Shown here: piece by piece, positions 60,542 through 64,000 of the stretch
Numbering within the stretch: the first letter of the stretch is position 1
How the letters are laid out: each line of letters begins with the position of its first letter
Source: Chrysemys picta bellii
Lineage: Eukaryota
Assembly: GCF_011386835.1 (NCBI RefSeq)
Contig: NC_088802.1
Coordinates: 48,546,001-48,610,000 of the forward strand
DNA length: 64,000 nucleotides
Reading direction: 5' to 3'
The notes under the pieces: generated by a model
The model's database searches: none
What the model was told of the DNA's origin: nothing
Seen by the model: only the letters and a program-made list of their open reading frames with translations
Position numbers and translations under genes: made by a program

Positions 60542-63500
60542 AAAACCCCAATTTCTGTCCAAAAAATAGGTTGCAACAGAAATTTTGTTCCCAGCCCTGT
60601 TCAAGCGTACCACCCAGACAGATGATCATTTTGTGTTTATTTCAGTGCAGACTGTTACAGAGGAGATACACACACACATATGCGCTCTCTCTCTCTCAAA
60701 AACTTCACTTTTGTTTTTTCTGATTTACATCAGCTGAGGATTTGGCCCAAGATTCATTCCAGCAGAGGTCAAAGAACAACAGTATGAGACTCAAAGGGCC
60801 AGTTTCCTATTGAGATTGCCTTGCACCACATTCCTGGATGCTTTTTTTTTATACCTTATAAATTGTTATAGAAGCTCATAAAAGCAGAATAAAGATTAGA
60901 CACAATCCTTTGCCCTTGAGACCATACCTGACCACACTTAACAATTTACATTTATTACAAAGTAGACTGCAATGTTTAAGTCGCTGAAAAGCATTTGACA
61001 GTAAAGAGGGTTTTGCACTGAGAATGCTCAGCCTTCCTTGCTTTCCTGAGACACAACTTTCTAAGGATACAGAAACCTTCTCAAGTCACTGGCAATAAAG
61101 ACAACCATGCCAAAGTTGCAGAAGTGGGGACTGGTCCCTTGTATGTTACAGCCCAGCCATTTGATGTGCATTTGGACGGTTCTGTTATCCTTCTGGAAGT
61201 AGAAAAGCACGCCTGGAAAGAAAGAGACAACAGCTTTGGATTAAGTAAGACCGATTCCTTGACTGCAACCGGTTCAGTGTGTGTGTGTGGGGAGCAGGGG
61301 CTGTAATGAATTTGTCAGTGCTCAGTCGATATTAATATTACAACAAAACAGAAGATTGACCATGACTGAAGCAAAAAGCCCTCCTTATGAACTTGAGAAC
61401 CAGGCCTGATCTTCTGAGTACCTCTTGGAGAGTGTGCAATGCCCTCAACTCCAGTGCTTGGATTCAATGTGAGGTGAGAGCACTCAGCATCTAGCAGAAT
61501 CTGGCCCTAAATTTGCATTGCGTTGAAAGCTTGTTCCTCATCCATTGAAATCAATAGGAGTTATGCTGGAGACGTCAGTGTCTTTAAAAAGCTCTGAATA
61601 GAATGACTCTCTCTCATTTGGGATGGAGATAATTAGAGTGAGAGGGAGTTGTAGTGTATGGTAAGGAGCTCTAGCCCTTGTGAGATTTCTGATTATGAGT
61701 GTCCTCCATAGGCAGAATATGTATATTTTTTCATGTTGCGCCTTCAGTTCCATCCCAGGTGGCTTCATCCTTCTTTATTAAACAAGCTATGGCATGTCCT
61801 TTGGTCCATAGAATAGTTTTAGCTTCCTTTTTATACATGTCTCCAAATGTTGATATGTTGGCCACCATGCATGCTACAGAGCTAGGCTTGGCAGGATTCC
61901 ATTTTTTTAATAATGTGGACGGATAATATCGGTGTTCATTTGTAAGCTTTTTTCTCCCAATTTTTATCTATTTAAATTATCACCGTTGCAGGAAATTATG
62001 GGGGTGCAGACAATTACTTAACAATAGACAATGAGATTCAAAAAGTTAAAGCTTTTTGACCATTAAAACAAAACTGTCGACATCACATGTCAAAATATTC
62101 AAAGCAAATATTCTTACCTCAAACTCTAATAAGTTCTCACACAGCATTCTTCTTACTGTGCCTATCTGTAAATTATGATTATCATCAATGGAAACATTTT
62201 GCCATTGGTGTGTGTGTATACAGTGAAATTGACATTGATCAACATTTATCAATACAAATCTAATCTCTCCACGCCTATACATAATGCACTACCAATCTGT
62301 ACCAAGCACCACTCTGATCGCTAGAACTGGGTGAGTAAAGCAAACACTTTTCCATGAATATTCACTTGAGTTTAAATACAAACTTTGCTCTGGCCATGCT
62401 AGTACACCACTTGCGATCACATTCAGGCCATCCAGTTTCACCAGCACATATGTCTGTGGAAACGTCAAAACGTTCAAATTCTTTCACTTTGAAATTTCCT
62501 TCGTGGGTGAAATTTGTCGCTGTGGAGTGGGCCAACATGGAGTGGGCCTATGTAGCACTTAAATATGCTGCCCTTCTACACAGGAATAACAAGTATCTTC
62601 TGTGGGCCTTCACCCCCAAAACCTGATGTAAACTCATCAAATTAGGGAAACAGAAATCATACCATGTGACAAATTACAGGTAAGCAACACAACTCAGCTG
62701 GGAATATTGAGCACCGCAGAGTAAACAAAAACCACAAAAAGTAATTAGTTGAAATCTGGATTAGCAAATCAATTCGAAAAAATTACAAGACATTCCACAC
62801 ATGGAAAAAAGAGACAAAACTTGTCAAATAATTGATTCATTATTAATTATTCATGGAGCTCCGCAGATCACCCCACCATCTCTGCTATAGACCATGCTGC
62901 CCACCCCACCATCTCTTTGTGTCAAGATCAAATTTTATGCTTTCCGTAAAGAATGTTCCCCTCCCCTCCATAATCAACTAGATTTCTTACCCTCAGAATA
63001 TTATAACATGTGGTTACCCTTTCAAACATTGATCGTATCCAGTTCACAGCCACACTACGAAAACCTCCGAATGCTTACTATATTACAATCATGACACACT
63101 TTCTACATGATAAATAATTTAAGGTGATGCATAAGTAATCTCCAGCTGTTTGAACAATTCTGGCCATAAGCTGCTTTGCTGTGTTGTAGTCCTGTTCCTT
63201 GTGTAGTTCCCGTGGCCATCCAACAGTTGTTTTACTGCCACTCTGAGCCATGTTCAAAGAAACTCTCATAAACAAAATGTTAAAAAGAAGAGCGTTCCCT
63301 TGGATCTTAAGGCTCTGTGCAAATCAGGACGTCAAGTCCCCATTTCTCAGTTGCTGTTCCAATAAACCCAAGATTCAACACTGATGCCCATCTTGGTTGA
63401 AAATGGTTAATCTCAGTTGGATTGGGGTCTTCTAACACCACATTTCTTGAGACTCTGCACTGGCCAAGACCTGCCTAGTTTATGAAACTCAATCAGCCTC

Positions 63501-64000
63501 CCCTCTGATTTACACACTGTCTTGACAGCCAAGGAGGAGAAAACAGTTCTGCGTGTAATGCTCTTGTCCTGTTTGAAAGAGCTGAAGAACGAATATTCTC
63601 CCGTTTCTGTTCTGTGATGGCCTGTGCTGTGCTAGAGCAGAGAAGGATTAAATGAGCCCCCAAAGATGTGAGCCCTTTAAAGACAGATCTACAGCTGAAC
63701 CCACAACAGACTGCAATTGCAGGGGGAGAGAAGGGATTCCTGCAAATCCTTTCCAATAAAATGCTCCATGTCCTGTTTCTTCAATACTCCAGCAGGGGTG
63801 GGGAATGAAGCCAAATACCTTCCAGCCAAGCAGGGCATGGGAGAGAGGGTATATTTATTATATTTGGCATATGAGAGTCAGAGAGTTTCATCCCATTCAT
63901 ATGCTCTAGGAAAGGGAAGATCTAAGGGAAATTTGGGGTAGGCTGGGGAACAATTTCGCTAGGGAAATGGTAGAAGACCTGTCACATGAGACATTTAAAA

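Larger units (their letters stand above)
59900..60598. mobile_element. AGAGCTGG-ended DNA element hosting a microsatellite and a CR1 insertion
   Basis: Left end gagagctggtcagaaaa and right end ttttgttcccagccct. The element-like sequence resumes right after the CR1 at 60542. Confidence 0.55.

Noticed and set aside
62584-62679. Plus-strand coding exon (good acceptor and CAG|GTAAGC donor)
   Set aside because: All three frames contain stops; at most a non-coding exon, and unsupported.

Overview
Vertebrate nuclear DNA, most likely from a turtle (Testudines). This is inferred from three tRNA-derived tortoise Pol III/SINE copies with CR1 tails, PsCR1-like CR1 LINE 3' fragments, a Utopia/NeSL-like retrotransposon remnant and many reptile-type hAT and hairpin MITEs. 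The window is repeat-rich and looks like a large intron or intergenic region. I could not support any intact host protein-coding gene, rRNA, tRNA gene or CRISPR array. Nearly all long ORFs in the track come from transposon remnants (CR1 ORF2 C-terminus, Utopia endonuclease, L2 RT) or from GC-rich MITE interiors. The most notable items are: (1) a decayed Utopia/NeSL zinc-knuckle plus PD-(D/E)xK endonuclease fragment with no U2 snRNA flanks (55092-55985); (2) a hAT-Tip100 MITE with an exact 8-bp TSD carrying a 15.7-copy, indel-free 43-bp CpG-rich minisatellite that creates long ORFs on both strands (13196-14186); (3) a 21-bp triple tandem repeat spelling alternating DR4/DR5 nuclear-receptor elements (19539-19604); (4) a Penelope-like fold-back, an LF-SINE-like relic and several nested insertions. 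All family names are from recall of consensus features, not from database searches.
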